This document shows, piece after piece, positions 1 through 9,080 of a DNA stretch of 64,000 nucleotides. The translations under genes and the position numbers were made by a program. The notes under the pieces are model-generated. The model did no database searches. It was not told where the DNA came from and saw only the letters and a program-made list of their open reading frames with translations. This DNA is from Bacteroidales bacterium (GTDB lineage: Bacteria; Bacteroidota; Bacteroidia; Bacteroidales; FEN-979), in the NCBI GenBank assembly GCA_017882335.1, contig JADGPR010000001.1:27172-91171 (forward strand), read 5' to 3'. Position 1 is the first letter of the stretch. Each line of letters opens with the position of its first letter.

Positions 1-1384
1 CTCCATAAAAGGCTGCGATGGCGATGGAGGCGATCAGGAACATGGTAAGCAGACTACGGTTTTCCGCCTTGTTCTTAAATGCCGGCATCAGTGCTCTTCC
101 CATCAGGAATAACCAGATCACCAACCCAATGAAAAGGAATAATTGCCAGAACCTTCCCAGGTCAACATATTCGTATCCCTGGTGTCCAAACCAGAAGTTC
201 TGTACCAGACCGAGGCGTTGCATAACACCAAACCATTGACCAATCAATGATCCGACAACAATAACCAGGAGTGCTATGAACAGGAAATTAACCCCGAGCG
301 CCTGGTATTTTGGTTCTTTTCCGGAAACGGCAGGCGCCAGGTAAAGTCCGGTAGCCAACCAGGATGTAGCGATCCAGAATATTGCAAGTTGGATGTGCCA
401 GGTGCGGGAGATGGAATAAGGTAAGAGTCCGGATAGTGGGATTCCATAGAATGCCTGGCCCTCCACCGCATAATGCGCCGTAATGGCACCCATGAGTACC
501 TGAACAAGGATCAGTGCTGTGACAACCCAGAAATATTTTAATGTGGCTTTCATGGAAGCCGTCATGATACCCCCGAGGAGGGGATCTTTTCCAGGCATCT
601 CCTGTGGCGCAAGTAATTCGTCTTTGCGGGAAGCATAAAACCACACCATCAGCCCGATCCCTGCAATCAACATGATCACGCTGAACCCGGTCCATAGGAT
701 CAGGGAACTCGTGGCATGATTCCCTACAAGTTCGTCGGAAGGCCAGTTATTTGTATAACTGATATCGCTTCCCGGACGGTTGGTCACGCATGACCAGGCA
801 GTCCAGAAGAAAAATGCATTCATCTTGGCCATCCTTGCGGAATCCTTGATGGTATTGGGGGGAATGGCATAATTGTCGCGTAATTTAACCAGTTTGGGAT
901 CATTCATGAACAGTGAGGCATAATGCCCGGAAACAAACCTGATCGCCTGTGCCCTGAGCGGAGAAACCAGTGTCTGTTTCGTGGCAGGATCATAAGTGTT
1001 GGCACGTATTTCGGTTTGCAACCTTATCTTCAGCATGGCCTGGTCTTCAGCCGGAATATCTTTGAAGAGCTTGTGGTAAGAAGTATCCGCCAGGTAATCG
1101 AGCATATATGCGGCTTCGCGGTGCAGCCAATCGGCCGACCAATCCGGAGCCACATAGGAACCATGCCCCCAGATGGTTCCGACTTCCTGTCCACCGATCG
1201 ATTGCCAGATGTTTTGCCCGTCGCGGATATCGGCGCCGGTAAAGAGTACTGTGTTCCCGGTTGATACAACTTCATCGGGAATGGGTGGTTTTTCACGGTA
1301 GATCTGCCTTCCGAAGAACAACAGCACCGAAAAACTGATGACCATTACAGCGATAAAGCCGATCCAAAGTCTACGTGTTTTCAT
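1..1384 (-). CDS. norZ: Quinol-dependent nitric oxide reductase (qNOR, NorZ/large NorB family), N-terminal ~461 codons. The C-terminus lies beyond the left window edge.
   Basis: Not in the ORF track because the frame never closes inside the window. Hand translation of the minus strand from ATG (1384..1382) gives MKTRRLWIGFIAVMVISFSVLLFFGRQIYREKPPIPDEVV...DIRDGQNIWQSIGGQEVGTIWGHGSYVAPDWSADWLHREAAYML...PLRAQAIRFVSGHYASLFMN...TMFLIASIAIAAFYG. The segments I checked codon by codon (901-961, the ATG region and nt 2-10) are in frame with no stop; the rest is by-eye translation that reads as coherent protein down to nt 2. I recognise the TM anchor plus the WGHGSYxAPDWSADWLHRE block as the qNOR N-terminal extension. 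Multiple TM helices follow. Confidence 0.8.
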   Translation of the reverse strand, partial: MKTRRLWIGFIAVMVISFSVLLFFGRQIYREKPPIPDEVVSTGNTVLFTGADIRDGQNIWQSIGGQEVGTIWGHGSYVAPDWSADWLHREAAYMLDYLADTSYHKLFKDIPAEDQAMLKIRLQTEIRANTYDPATKQTLVSPLRAQAIRFVSGHYASLFMNDPKLVKLRDNYAIPPNTIKDSARMAKMNAFFFWTAWSCVTNRPGSDISYTNNWPSDELVGNHATSSLILWTGFSVIMLIAGIGLMVWFYASRKDELLAPQEMPGKDPLLGGIMTASMKATLKYFWVVTALILVQVLMGAITAHYAVEGQAFYGIPLSGLLPYSISRTWHIQLAIFWIATSWLATGLYLAPAVSGKEPKYQALGVNFLFIALLVIVVGSLIGQWFGVMQRLGLVQNFWFGHQGYEYVDLGRFWQLFLFIGLVIWLFLMGRALMPAFKNKAENRSLLTMFLIASIAIAAFYG

Positions 1385-1478
1385 AATTTTTTGTTTTGTT
1401 TAACTAGGATAATGTCACCCCTACGGGGTTAATTGGTATTTATATTTTTTTTTACCATTTTGCCATTTTGCCATTTGA

Positions 1479-2339
1479 TTATACCCAGTCTTCTTCAAGT
1501 ACTTCTCCCTGAACACTGATAACCGAAAGCTTCAGCGGGATATTCCGGTCGGCATTTTCCCGTGCTGTTTTTGCCATCTGCAGAAGGCCTCCGCAACAGG
1601 GAACTTCCATGATGACGACCTGGAGCGAATTGATTTTCGTGTCGGCTATCATAGAGGTGAGTTTCTGCAGGTAGGATTCCTTGTTGGTATCCAGTTTCGG
1701 GCAGGCAATAGCGATGGATTTCCCTTTCAGGTAACGTGCATGAAAATTGCCCATGGCAAAAGCAGCGCAATCTGCTGCCAAAACCACATCCGCATTCTTG
1801 AAATACGATGCCTGTGGATTCAGCAGGTGCAGCTGTACCGGCCATTGTCGAAGTTCAGAAGGTGTGTCCACAGGGGCGGAAATCTTTGCCTTACCTGCAT
1901 TTTCAAACTGTTCGGTGTCGATCCTGAAATCCTTGGCGGCTGCTCCGGGGCATCCGCAGGCACTGGCCTGCTGTGTGTTAATTCCATTTTCACTCATGTC
2001 AATGTTGTTTTCTTTAATGTAAAATATGGCTTCATTAAAAAATCCCTGTTCGTTGTGGTCGCGGAGATGATCCAGATGGGCAAGGATCGTATTTCTTCCT
2101 TTTGTCGAAAGTGTTTCCATTACTTTTCGTTCATTGTAAGGCTCGGCTTCCCTTTCTTCGATCTCTATGGCGCCTTCAGGACAATGACCGATACAGGCTC
2201 CCAGCCCGTCACAGAATAGGTCGCTGATCAGCCGGGCTTTACCGTCGATGACCTGCAATGCACCTTCCTGACAATTGGGGATACACAGTCCGCATCCGTT
2301 GCATTTTTCTTCATCAATCCGGATAATGTTTCTTTTCAT
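1479..2339 (-). CDS. 4Fe-4S dicluster domain protein with a Cys-rich C-terminal domain of unknown function
   Basis: The N-terminus has CNGCGLCIPNC...CDGLGACIGHCP (two ferredoxin-type CxxCxxCxxxC(P) motifs). The C-terminal half contains CGCPG, ADCAAF, IACPK and VPCCGG. It lies between the Rrf2 regulator and qNOR on the same strand. Confidence 0.75.
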   Translation of the reverse strand: MKRNIIRIDEEKCNGCGLCIPNCQEGALQVIDGKARLISDLFCDGLGACIGHCPEGAIEIEEREAEPYNERKVMETLSTKGRNTILAHLDHLRDHNEQGFFNEAIFYIKENNIDMSENGINTQQASACGCPGAAAKDFRIDTEQFENAGKAKISAPVDTPSELRQWPVQLHLLNPQASYFKNADVVLAADCAAFAMGNFHARYLKGKSIAIACPKLDTNKESYLQKLTSMIADTKINSLQVVIMEVPCCGGLLQMAKTARENADRNIPLKLSVISVQGEVLEEDWV

Positions 2340-2394
2340 TTTTTATCTTATTGTTATATTGTGGTATGATAATACCTTTTTAAAATAAAAAAAA

Positions 2395-2793
2395 TCAAAT
2401 GTATTTCTTCAGTGTTTGTTCTTTCATAAACCGTTTAAATTCGATCGCCATTTTATTGACGACATTTCCCATCAGGCATTGATCGAAATGGCAGATTTCA
2501 TTGGCAAGCGGACAATCAGTAATTTCCAGAGGGCCTTCGATCGACTGATAAATGTCGAGCAGGGTAATATCGGTAGGTTGTTTTTTCAACGTAAATCCAC
2601 CCGAAGGACCCCGAACCGATTTTAACAAGTCATTCTTGACCAGCCGTTGCGCCACTTTTGAAATATGATTTTTGGAAAAACCGGTCTGCTCTGCAATCTT
2701 CACTGCATTGATCCCGTTTTCATTGCGGGCAATCAGTACCATACTGTGAATGGCAATCGAAGCAGCCTCGGACATAGAAAAGATTTTTGCCAT
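2395..2793 (-). CDS. Rrf2 family transcriptional regulator (NsrR/IscR-like, three C-terminal Cys)
   Basis: The 132-aa product has an Rrf2-type wHTH (ISKVAQRLVKNDLLKSVRGPSGGFTL). It also has a Cys triad in ITDCPLANEICHFDQC, typical of cluster-binding Rrf2 members. Confidence 0.85.
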   Translation of the reverse strand: MAKIFSMSEAASIAIHSMVLIARNENGINAVKIAEQTGFSKNHISKVAQRLVKNDLLKSVRGPSGGFTLKKQPTDITLLDIYQSIEGPLEITDCPLANEICHFDQCLMGNVVNKMAIEFKRFMKEQTLKKYI

Positions 2794-3068
2794 AACAGGT
2801 ATTTAGGTATTTGAATGCGCAAATATAAAACTAATTTTTATTCTGCAATGAAAAAACGAAAAAAAAAATTATTTTTGGTCTCGTTAGTTAGTTTTGGGGA
2901 TTGACTAAAAAGAAAATATAAAATTTCTCGCAGATTTTCGCAAATTAGACGCTGATTCACGCAGAAGACTATGTGACCTTTTACATCAGATAATGTTATT
3001 AAAAAAGATACAAATCTCATCTGTGAAAATTTGCGGGAAATCTGCGTAAATCTGCAAGAACGATTTTA

Positions 3069-3887
3069 ATGTCATCATTTATGGTCAAATTGATAGCCAG
3101 TCTGCAGAACCCCCTGATCAAGAACCTTCTGCTTCTCCAGGAGAAACCGCGGGAAAGGAAGGAGCAAAACCTTATTATCATTGAAGGGATCCGTGAGATA
3201 AGGCTGGCCCTGATGGCCGGGTTTACAATCACCAATCTCATTTATTGTAAGGAACTAGTCCCGGAAGATGCTCTTAATGGATTGTCTTCAGTATCGATCA
3301 CTCCAATGGATCTGGCTGAGGTTCCGGTGGAAATCTATAACCGGATCGCTTATCGCAAAGACCATGAAGGAGCCATCGCCCTGGCAAATCCCAAAAGGAT
3401 ACAATTCCAAGATCTGAAACCAGGCATTTCGCCTCTTTTTCTCGTCCTGGAATCGGTTGAAAAACCGGGTAACCTGGGTGCCCTGCTTCGAACTGCAGAT
3501 GCAGCAAACCTGGATGCAGTGATCATTTGTGACCCGCAAACGGACATTTATAATCCTAACGCCATTCGTTCCAGTATCGGTTGCATTTTCACCATCCCGG
3601 TGGTGACAAGTACAACACCGGAGGCCATTTCCTGGTTGCGGTCAAATCATATCAGGATGTTTGGCACTGCATTGACTGCAACCAGGTTTTACCACGAAAC
3701 CGACCTCCGCGGTCCTGCCGCCATTATCATGGGATCGGAAGCATCTGGATTAAGCAAGTCGTGGCTGGATGAGGCGGATGAACTGATCAAAATCCCCATG
3801 AATGGGAAGATCGATTCGATGAATGTTTCAACCTCCGCGGCAGTAGTGGTGTTCGAAGCATTAAGACAACGGAATTTCAAGAAATAG
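3069..3887 (+). CDS. TrmH/SpoU family RNA 2'-O-methyltransferase
   Basis: SpoU-methylase motifs are present: LESVEKPGNLGALLRTADA, IIMGSEASGLS and IPMNGKIDSMNVSTSAAV. Confidence 0.85.
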   Translation: MSSFMVKLIASLQNPLIKNLLLLQEKPRERKEQNLIIIEGIREIRLALMAGFTITNLIYCKELVPEDALNGLSSVSITPMDLAEVPVEIYNRIAYRKDHEGAIALANPKRIQFQDLKPGISPLFLVLESVEKPGNLGALLRTADAANLDAVIICDPQTDIYNPNAIRSSIGCIFTIPVVTSTTPEAISWLRSNHIRMFGTALTATRFYHETDLRGPAAIIMGSEASGLSKSWLDEADELIKIPMNGKIDSMNVSTSAAVVVFEALRQRNFKK

Positions 3888-3932
3888 CGAAATAATTATC
3901 AATTCCCCAATGGCTAATGGCTAAATCCTTAA

Positions 3933-4040
3933 CTAACTCTTCTTCTTTGCCTTTTTCTCTATTTTTTCAGCCCGCTTTTCTTTTGGTGTTTTTGCAGGTG
4001 CTTTTTTAACATCCTTTTTAACATTTTTTCCTTTTGACAT
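3933..4040 (-). CDS. Small lysine-rich protein (35 aa), hypothetical
   Basis: Below the ORF-track size cutoff. Hand translation gives MSKGKNVKKDVKKAPAKTPKEKRAEKIEKKAKKKS with stop at 3935..3933. A TAnnTTTG-type box lies about 60 nt upstream on the same strand (4108..4101). Confidence 0.35.
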   Translation of the reverse strand: MSKGKNVKKDVKKAPAKTPKEKRAEKIEKKAKKKS

Positions 4041-4100
4041 ATTTTAAAATTTTAGTTGTTACTGTTCCGTTTTATCAGATTGATAACGTCATTGGTTGTA

Positions 4101-4108
4101 CAAAGGTA
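4101..4108 (-). promoter_or_regulatory. Bacteroidota-type -7 promoter element (TACCTTTG) upstream of the small Lys-rich ORF
   Basis: The plus strand reads caaaggta, which is TACCTTTG on the minus strand and matches TAnnTTTG. Confidence 0.3.
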
Positions 4109-4170
4109 TGGATATCCTTTTTAAAAAAATTTTTCCAAAACCTAATACCAAAAATTCGTAATTATTTAAA

Positions 4171-5070
4171 CTACCATTTATAGTGTTCGTCGTTCTCCCC
4201 AAGGGTCAGAAATCCTTTGGGCATCTGGGTTTTGAATTCAAGCGGTTGTCGTGTGACAGGATGATTGAATGAGAAATAATAGGCATGCAACCGTATCCTT
4301 CTTTTGACCTTATTATCCGCGCCATATTTAAAATCACCCACAATGGGACAGCCCATTTCCGCCATGTGAACGCGGATCTGGTGTTTCCTGCCGGTTTCCA
4401 GCCGGACCTCGACCAGGGTGGTGTTTTTCAACTCTTTCAGTACTTTGTAATGGGTGATGGCCATCTTTGCGCCGGGCCGTTCCTGTTTTATGGTAAACAC
4501 TTTCTGATCCCATCCTTCAAGCATCCAGTTCTCAAGAACCCCTTGGCTGTTTTCTGGTTTCCCCTCAACCAAAGCATAATAGCGTTTTTCCGTTTCTTTC
4601 CAGTGCTCTTTTATCATCTCCTGGATCTTTTCCGATTTCGCAAATACCAGGATTCCCGAGACTTCCCGGTCGAGCCGGTGAACAACAAAGATCTTTTCCC
4701 TGCCTTTTGAGCGGTCACGTACATAATCCGTCAGTTCTTTATACAGTGAAGTTCCATGTGTTCCTTTCTCACCATAGGTAAGGATTCCGGCGGTCTTAAC
4801 CACAATGATCAGGTCGTCATCTTCATAAAGAACGGGAAACGGGCAATCCTGAGAATCCACCGGGGCTTTGTATTTCACATATTCAACCACATCGCCGGGT
4901 TTGACCATGAAATGCTGTTGCATAACAGCCTTTCCGTTCACGCTCACGCTGCCGTGAACTATGATCTTCTTGACCATGGATCTTGATCCGGTTTTGAATT
5001 CTTTGATCAGAAGATCGGCCAAAGATATCTCTACTTCCGGCTTGATTATCATTTTCTTGATTTGATGCAA
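4171..5070 (-). CDS. RluA family pseudouridine synthase with N-terminal S4 domain
   Basis: Contains the RluA active-site motif HRLDREVSGILVFAKS and KHQIRVH. An S4-like N-terminus is present. Confidence 0.85.
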   Translation of the reverse strand: MHQIKKMIIKPEVEISLADLLIKEFKTGSRSMVKKIIVHGSVSVNGKAVMQQHFMVKPGDVVEYVKYKAPVDSQDCPFPVLYEDDDLIIVVKTAGILTYGEKGTHGTSLYKELTDYVRDRSKGREKIFVVHRLDREVSGILVFAKSEKIQEMIKEHWKETEKRYYALVEGKPENSQGVLENWMLEGWDQKVFTIKQERPGAKMAITHYKVLKELKNTTLVEVRLETGRKHQIRVHMAEMGCPIVGDFKYGADNKVKRRIRLHAYYFSFNHPVTRQPLEFKTQMPKGFLTLGENDEHYKW

Positions 5071-5096
5071 AGATCGGAAAGAAAAAGGACAGGGCT

Positions 5097-6161
5097 CTAT
5101 TTTAGAATAACTTTCATCACTACCGGCTGGTGATCGGAAAAATTGAATCCTGTTGCAACGGTATGAATCGATTCAACTTCCACATTGGGTGATACCACAT
5201 AGAAATCAATAATGGTGGTTTTGGTTTTCCCTTTTTGATATGGCATATCAACATCCCTGTTTGAAGGGGCCAAAGGATCGAAGGCAAATCTCCATCCCGG
5301 CAGGAACGTGGAATCCAATACTGGATCGATTGCTTTTGCCAGGTCTCCTGAAATCACAGATTCCGGCCGGAACCCCCTGGGATTGGTGTTCCAGTCACCG
5401 CCGGTAATTACATAATTACCTTTTGTGTATTCCGAAAGCACATAGGAATGCAGTTTCTTTAATTCTCTTTTTCGTAATGTTCCACCTTTATCGAAGGTGG
5501 AATTGTGAAGGTTGACGATGACAAGTTCTTTCCCGGAAGACAGTTGGTACCGAAGCACCATAATACAGCGTTTCAACAACACTAGTTGTTTCGGCCAGGA
5601 AAACCGTGTTCCGAAATCGATTCGTTCTGCTGCTATGGGTTTATACTTTGGATAACAGGCGATCCCCGAAACGACACGACCCATAGGGTTATTCAACGGT
5701 ACAGGAACAAACCGGCTGTCATAATTCTTCGCAAAAAGTGAACATCGCCCAGGGAATATCTTGCCAATTTCCACTACTTCATCTGTAAAATAACTTCTTT
5801 TGGAATGGATATCCGTTTCCTGGAGGAGAATGAAATCTACCGAATCCATAGATGAAAGACATTGATATATCCCTTCCTGGTATCCCGTGAATTCATTTTT
5901 CTCCGGCCTTACCCTTGTCCCTCCTTCATAAAAGAAATCCATCTTTTTCCCAAGGCCGCTGTAACCAATGTTCCAGGTAAGAAAGGTAAAATCAGTTTTT
6001 AAAGGAGGTAGTATCATCCCATTTCCCCGGATCACAATCGATTCCTTGCCTGATGGATGAAAATCTGTCACCGTCAGGAACAACAAAAACCCCAGGATGA
6101 TTCCTGCAGGAATTAACAGGACCCCAGCGAGTACTTTGATCAGCTTTACGCTTCTTTTCAT
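5097..6161 (-). CDS. Endonuclease/exonuclease/phosphatase (EEP) family protein, membrane-anchored or secreted
   Basis: N-terminal TM helix. EEP blocks are present: TWNIGYSG, LLQETD, VNLHNS, GGDWN and C-terminal FSDHQPV. Confidence 0.75.
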   Translation of the reverse strand: MKRSVKLIKVLAGVLLIPAGIILGFLLFLTVTDFHPSGKESIVIRGNGMILPPLKTDFTFLTWNIGYSGLGKKMDFFYEGGTRVRPEKNEFTGYQEGIYQCLSSMDSVDFILLQETDIHSKRSYFTDEVVEIGKIFPGRCSLFAKNYDSRFVPVPLNNPMGRVVSGIACYPKYKPIAAERIDFGTRFSWPKQLVLLKRCIMVLRYQLSSGKELVIVNLHNSTFDKGGTLRKRELKKLHSYVLSEYTKGNYVITGGDWNTNPRGFRPESVISGDLAKAIDPVLDSTFLPGWRFAFDPLAPSNRDVDMPYQKGKTKTTIIDFYVVSPNVEVESIHTVATGFNFSDHQPVVMKVILK

Positions 6162-6238
6162 CCTCCCGGTATATGGTGGCCGAAATGTACCATTTTTTTC
6201 ATAATTTTACTGCGCTAATCTAATCCAGCGTCCTTTTC

Positions 6239-7798
6239 ATGCCCATCCTTGGATCTATCATCAAGACTGCCTATACACTCCGTCAGATTCCCATTGACAT
6301 TAAAAAGAATTTTAACCCGGTAATCGCCCAGCGAAAGGAATTGAAAAAACTTCTGAACCGTTCGCAGGATACCGCATTCGGAGAACATTACCGGTTTGCA
6401 GACATTCTTTCGCAAAAGGATGTCGTAAAGGCTTTCCAGGAAACCGTACCGGTGCACGATTACAATTCCATGTTCAAGAACTGGTGGTACCGCAGCCTGA
6501 ACGGGGAACCCTGGGTTACCTGGCCGGGAAAAGTCAAGTACTTTGCATTGACCTCCGGAACTTCTGAATCATCCTCCAAACACATCCCCGTTACTTCCGC
6601 AATGCTTCGGGCTATACAGAAAGCAAGCATCCGGCAGTTAGTGATGACCACCAAGTATAATTTCCCGGATGAGTTTTACGAGAAAGGGATCCTGATGATC
6701 GGCGGAAGTACGCACCTTCAGTATAACGGCACCTATTACAAAGGCGATCTTTCAGGGATCACGGCAAGCAATATTCCTTTCTGGTTTCAGCATTTCTACA
6801 AACCCGGCCCGCGAATCTCCCGGGAAGAAAACTGGGCGTTGAAACTGAATGAGATTGTGAGGAAGGCAAAGAACTGGGACATCGGCGTTATCGTGGGTGT
6901 GCCGGCCTGGATCCAGATCATCCTGGAACGGATCATTGCACATTATAGTCTTCGGAATATCCATGAAATCTGGCCTAATTTCTCCGCTTATGTACACAGC
7001 GGGGTTTCCTTTGAACCTTATCTCAATAGTTTTGAGAAACTGCTCGGAAAATCCATCGTATACAATGAATCCTATCTTGCATCGGAAGGTTACATCGCCT
7101 ACCAGCAGGCAGGCACACGGAAATCGCTGACCATGATCCTTGATAATGGCCTGTTCTATGAATTCATCCCATACAACAGTGTCAATTTTGATTCTGAAGG
7201 CAATCTCCTCCCTAAACCGGAAACGCTGACCATTGCGGATGTGGAGATCGATAAAGAATATGCCTTGTTGCTTTCATCCTGCGCCGGGGCATGGCGGTAT
7301 CTTATCGGCGATATCGTGAAATTTACCAGCAAGGAGGCCTGCGAAATCCTGCTCATCGGGCGTACAAAACATTTCCTCAGTCTTTGCGGGGAACACCTTT
7401 CCCAAGATAACATGAACCGTGCAGTAAAGATGCTCCAGGATGAATTCAACATCAAGATCAATGAGTTTACGGTCATGGGGATCCGCTATGGAAGCCTGTT
7501 TGCACACAAATGGTACCTGGGCACCGACGACTCTGTCGATCCGTTAATAGCTGCTGCAAAGTTGGATGAATACCTTTCTATCCTGAATGACGACTACCGG
7601 GTCGAACGCACGGAGGCCATCTGTGAAGTGTATGCGGAAATATTACCTTTGCAGGTGTTTTATGACTGGATGAAAACGAAAGGAAAGGAAGGTGGCGCCT
7701 TTAAATTTCCACGCGTACTTAAGGAAACGCAACGGATTGAATGGGAAGCTCACATTGCAAAACTGATACCGCAGGAGATGCGGAACCAAACAAAATAA
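6239..7798 (+). CDS. GH3 (auxin-responsive promoter) family adenylate-forming protein
   Basis: 519 aa. Contains the FALTSGTSESSSKHIPVT motif (the adenylating SGT-type P-loop of GH3 proteins) and the overall GH3 layout common in Bacteroidota. Confidence 0.7.
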   Translation: MPILGSIIKTAYTLRQIPIDIKKNFNPVIAQRKELKKLLNRSQDTAFGEHYRFADILSQKDVVKAFQETVPVHDYNSMFKNWWYRSLNGEPWVTWPGKVKYFALTSGTSESSSKHIPVTSAMLRAIQKASIRQLVMTTKYNFPDEFYEKGILMIGGSTHLQYNGTYYKGDLSGITASNIPFWFQHFYKPGPRISREENWALKLNEIVRKAKNWDIGVIVGVPAWIQIILERIIAHYSLRNIHEIWPNFSAYVHSGVSFEPYLNSFEKLLGKSIVYNESYLASEGYIAYQQAGTRKSLTMILDNGLFYEFIPYNSVNFDSEGNLLPKPETLTIADVEIDKEYALLLSSCAGAWRYLIGDIVKFTSKEACEILLIGRTKHFLSLCGEHLSQDNMNRAVKMLQDEFNIKINEFTVMGIRYGSLFAHKWYLGTDDSVDPLIAAAKLDEYLSILNDDYRVERTEAICEVYAEILPLQVFYDWMKTKGKEGGAFKFPRVLKETQRIEWEAHIAKLIPQEMRNQTK

Positions 7799-7805
7799 AA
7801 GTAAG

Positions 7806-8477
7806 ATGTTCGTCAAACTCCTACATCCGCTTTTCGAAGGACTGATCCTCGGCATCACCGTCGCAATAACGCTGGGGCCGGCTCTTGTTGCACTTCTGCA
7901 AACCAGTATCAAGCATGGTATAAAAACCGGGATATTCCTTGCGTTCGGAATTTTTACCAGCGACCTTTTTCTCGTTGTTCTTGCCTTTTTCGGTGTTTCC
8001 GAGTTCATTACTGCGCCGAAATTTCACCTGGCATTCGGAATCTTAGGCGGAATCCTGATGATCTCTTATGGCATCTATACGGTTTTCCGCAAAGTGCCGC
8101 AAAACGAGCAGGTGGAACCCATCAGTGAGATCCACGTGAAAAGACCGGGAGTCCTGCCCTATTATTTCAAAGGTTTTCTCCTCAATGTGGCAAATCCCTC
8201 TCTCTGGTTTTTCTGGATCTTCTGGGTCGTTTCGATCAACTCAACCTATGGCGGCGACCGGAAGTCTGTTTCTATGTTCTTTGCAGGGGCTTTGGGAATG
8301 ATTCTCGCAACTGATATCCTGAAATGCATCCTTGCCAATAAGATCAAGGTGCTGGGCAATCCGAAAGTCAAACTCTGGATCAACCGGATCGTGGGTATCC
8401 TCTTTTTCATTTTCGGCGCTTTTATCATTACCGGAACATTACTGGAATACCTGGGAATACATTTCAGGGTTTCTTAA
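7806..8477 (+). CDS. LysE/RhtB family amino-acid efflux translocator
   Basis: 223 aa with about 6 TM helices. LysE-like GPA/NP motifs are present (ITLGPALVALLQ, LLNVANPSLWFFW). Confidence 0.7.
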   Translation: MFVKLLHPLFEGLILGITVAITLGPALVALLQTSIKHGIKTGIFLAFGIFTSDLFLVVLAFFGVSEFITAPKFHLAFGILGGILMISYGIYTVFRKVPQNEQVEPISEIHVKRPGVLPYYFKGFLLNVANPSLWFFWIFWVVSINSTYGGDRKSVSMFFAGALGMILATDILKCILANKIKVLGNPKVKLWINRIVGILFFIFGAFIITGTLLEYLGIHFRVS

Positions 8478-8503
8478 CATTCATTCATCATAAAAAAAAT
8501 TCC

Positions 8504-9073
8504 ATGGAAACAAAATCTTATAAATACCGGTGGTTTCTGGCAGTCAACGGGGTCATTGCGATTTTGTTCGGCTTGCTGCTTCTTCTCTTCACCAAAGAAA
8601 TTATCCTGAGTATCGTCTTTTTTTCAGGATTGGCGATAGCGCTGGGAGGATTGTGCTTCCTTTTGGTGGCCATCTACTATTTGAAGAAGGATAGAAATGT
8701 AGGGATGCTGATCCTTCAATCCATATTCAGCTTTGTTATTGGTATAGGGATTATGATCTTTCAAAAAGAATCCCTGCAACTATTCTTCCTACTGCTCGGA
8801 GTCTGGGCAATCATCGTGGGGATTTTTCAGCTTGTGATCCTGCTGAATATCAAACGGAATCTCTCCAACAAGAATTTCATCCTTTTCAATGGCCTTCTTA
8901 CCATTGCACTGGGTATCGTGATGATCCTTCAAAAAGAGGAGGTTCCTGTTTTCCTCACTAAACTCCTTGGAGCATTCGCAACTCTCTTCGGGATCGTGAT
9001 GATCTACCTTTCAATTATCATCCGGAAAACCGCGATAATGACAGAGAATGAAACGGATTCTCGCCCACGGTAA
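8504..9073 (+). CDS. HdeD/DUF308 family membrane protein
   Basis: 189 aa with 6 repeated TM hairpins. The starting pattern WFLAVNGVIAILFGLLLL is typical of DUF308. Confidence 0.6.
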   Translation: METKSYKYRWFLAVNGVIAILFGLLLLLFTKEIILSIVFFSGLAIALGGLCFLLVAIYYLKKDRNVGMLILQSIFSFVIGIGIMIFQKESLQLFFLLLGVWAIIVGIFQLVILLNIKRNLSNKNFILFNGLLTIALGIVMILQKEEVPVFLTKLLGAFATLFGIVMIYLSIIIRKTAIMTENETDSRPR

Positions 9074-9080
9074 TAGAACA

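Noticed and set aside
2838-3241. Two small minus-strand ORFs (60 and 74 aa) in and next to the Rrf2/trmH intergenic region.
   Set aside because: One overlaps the trmH start. Both are rich in F/R/I from AT-rich promoter DNA. The region is better explained as regulatory sequence.
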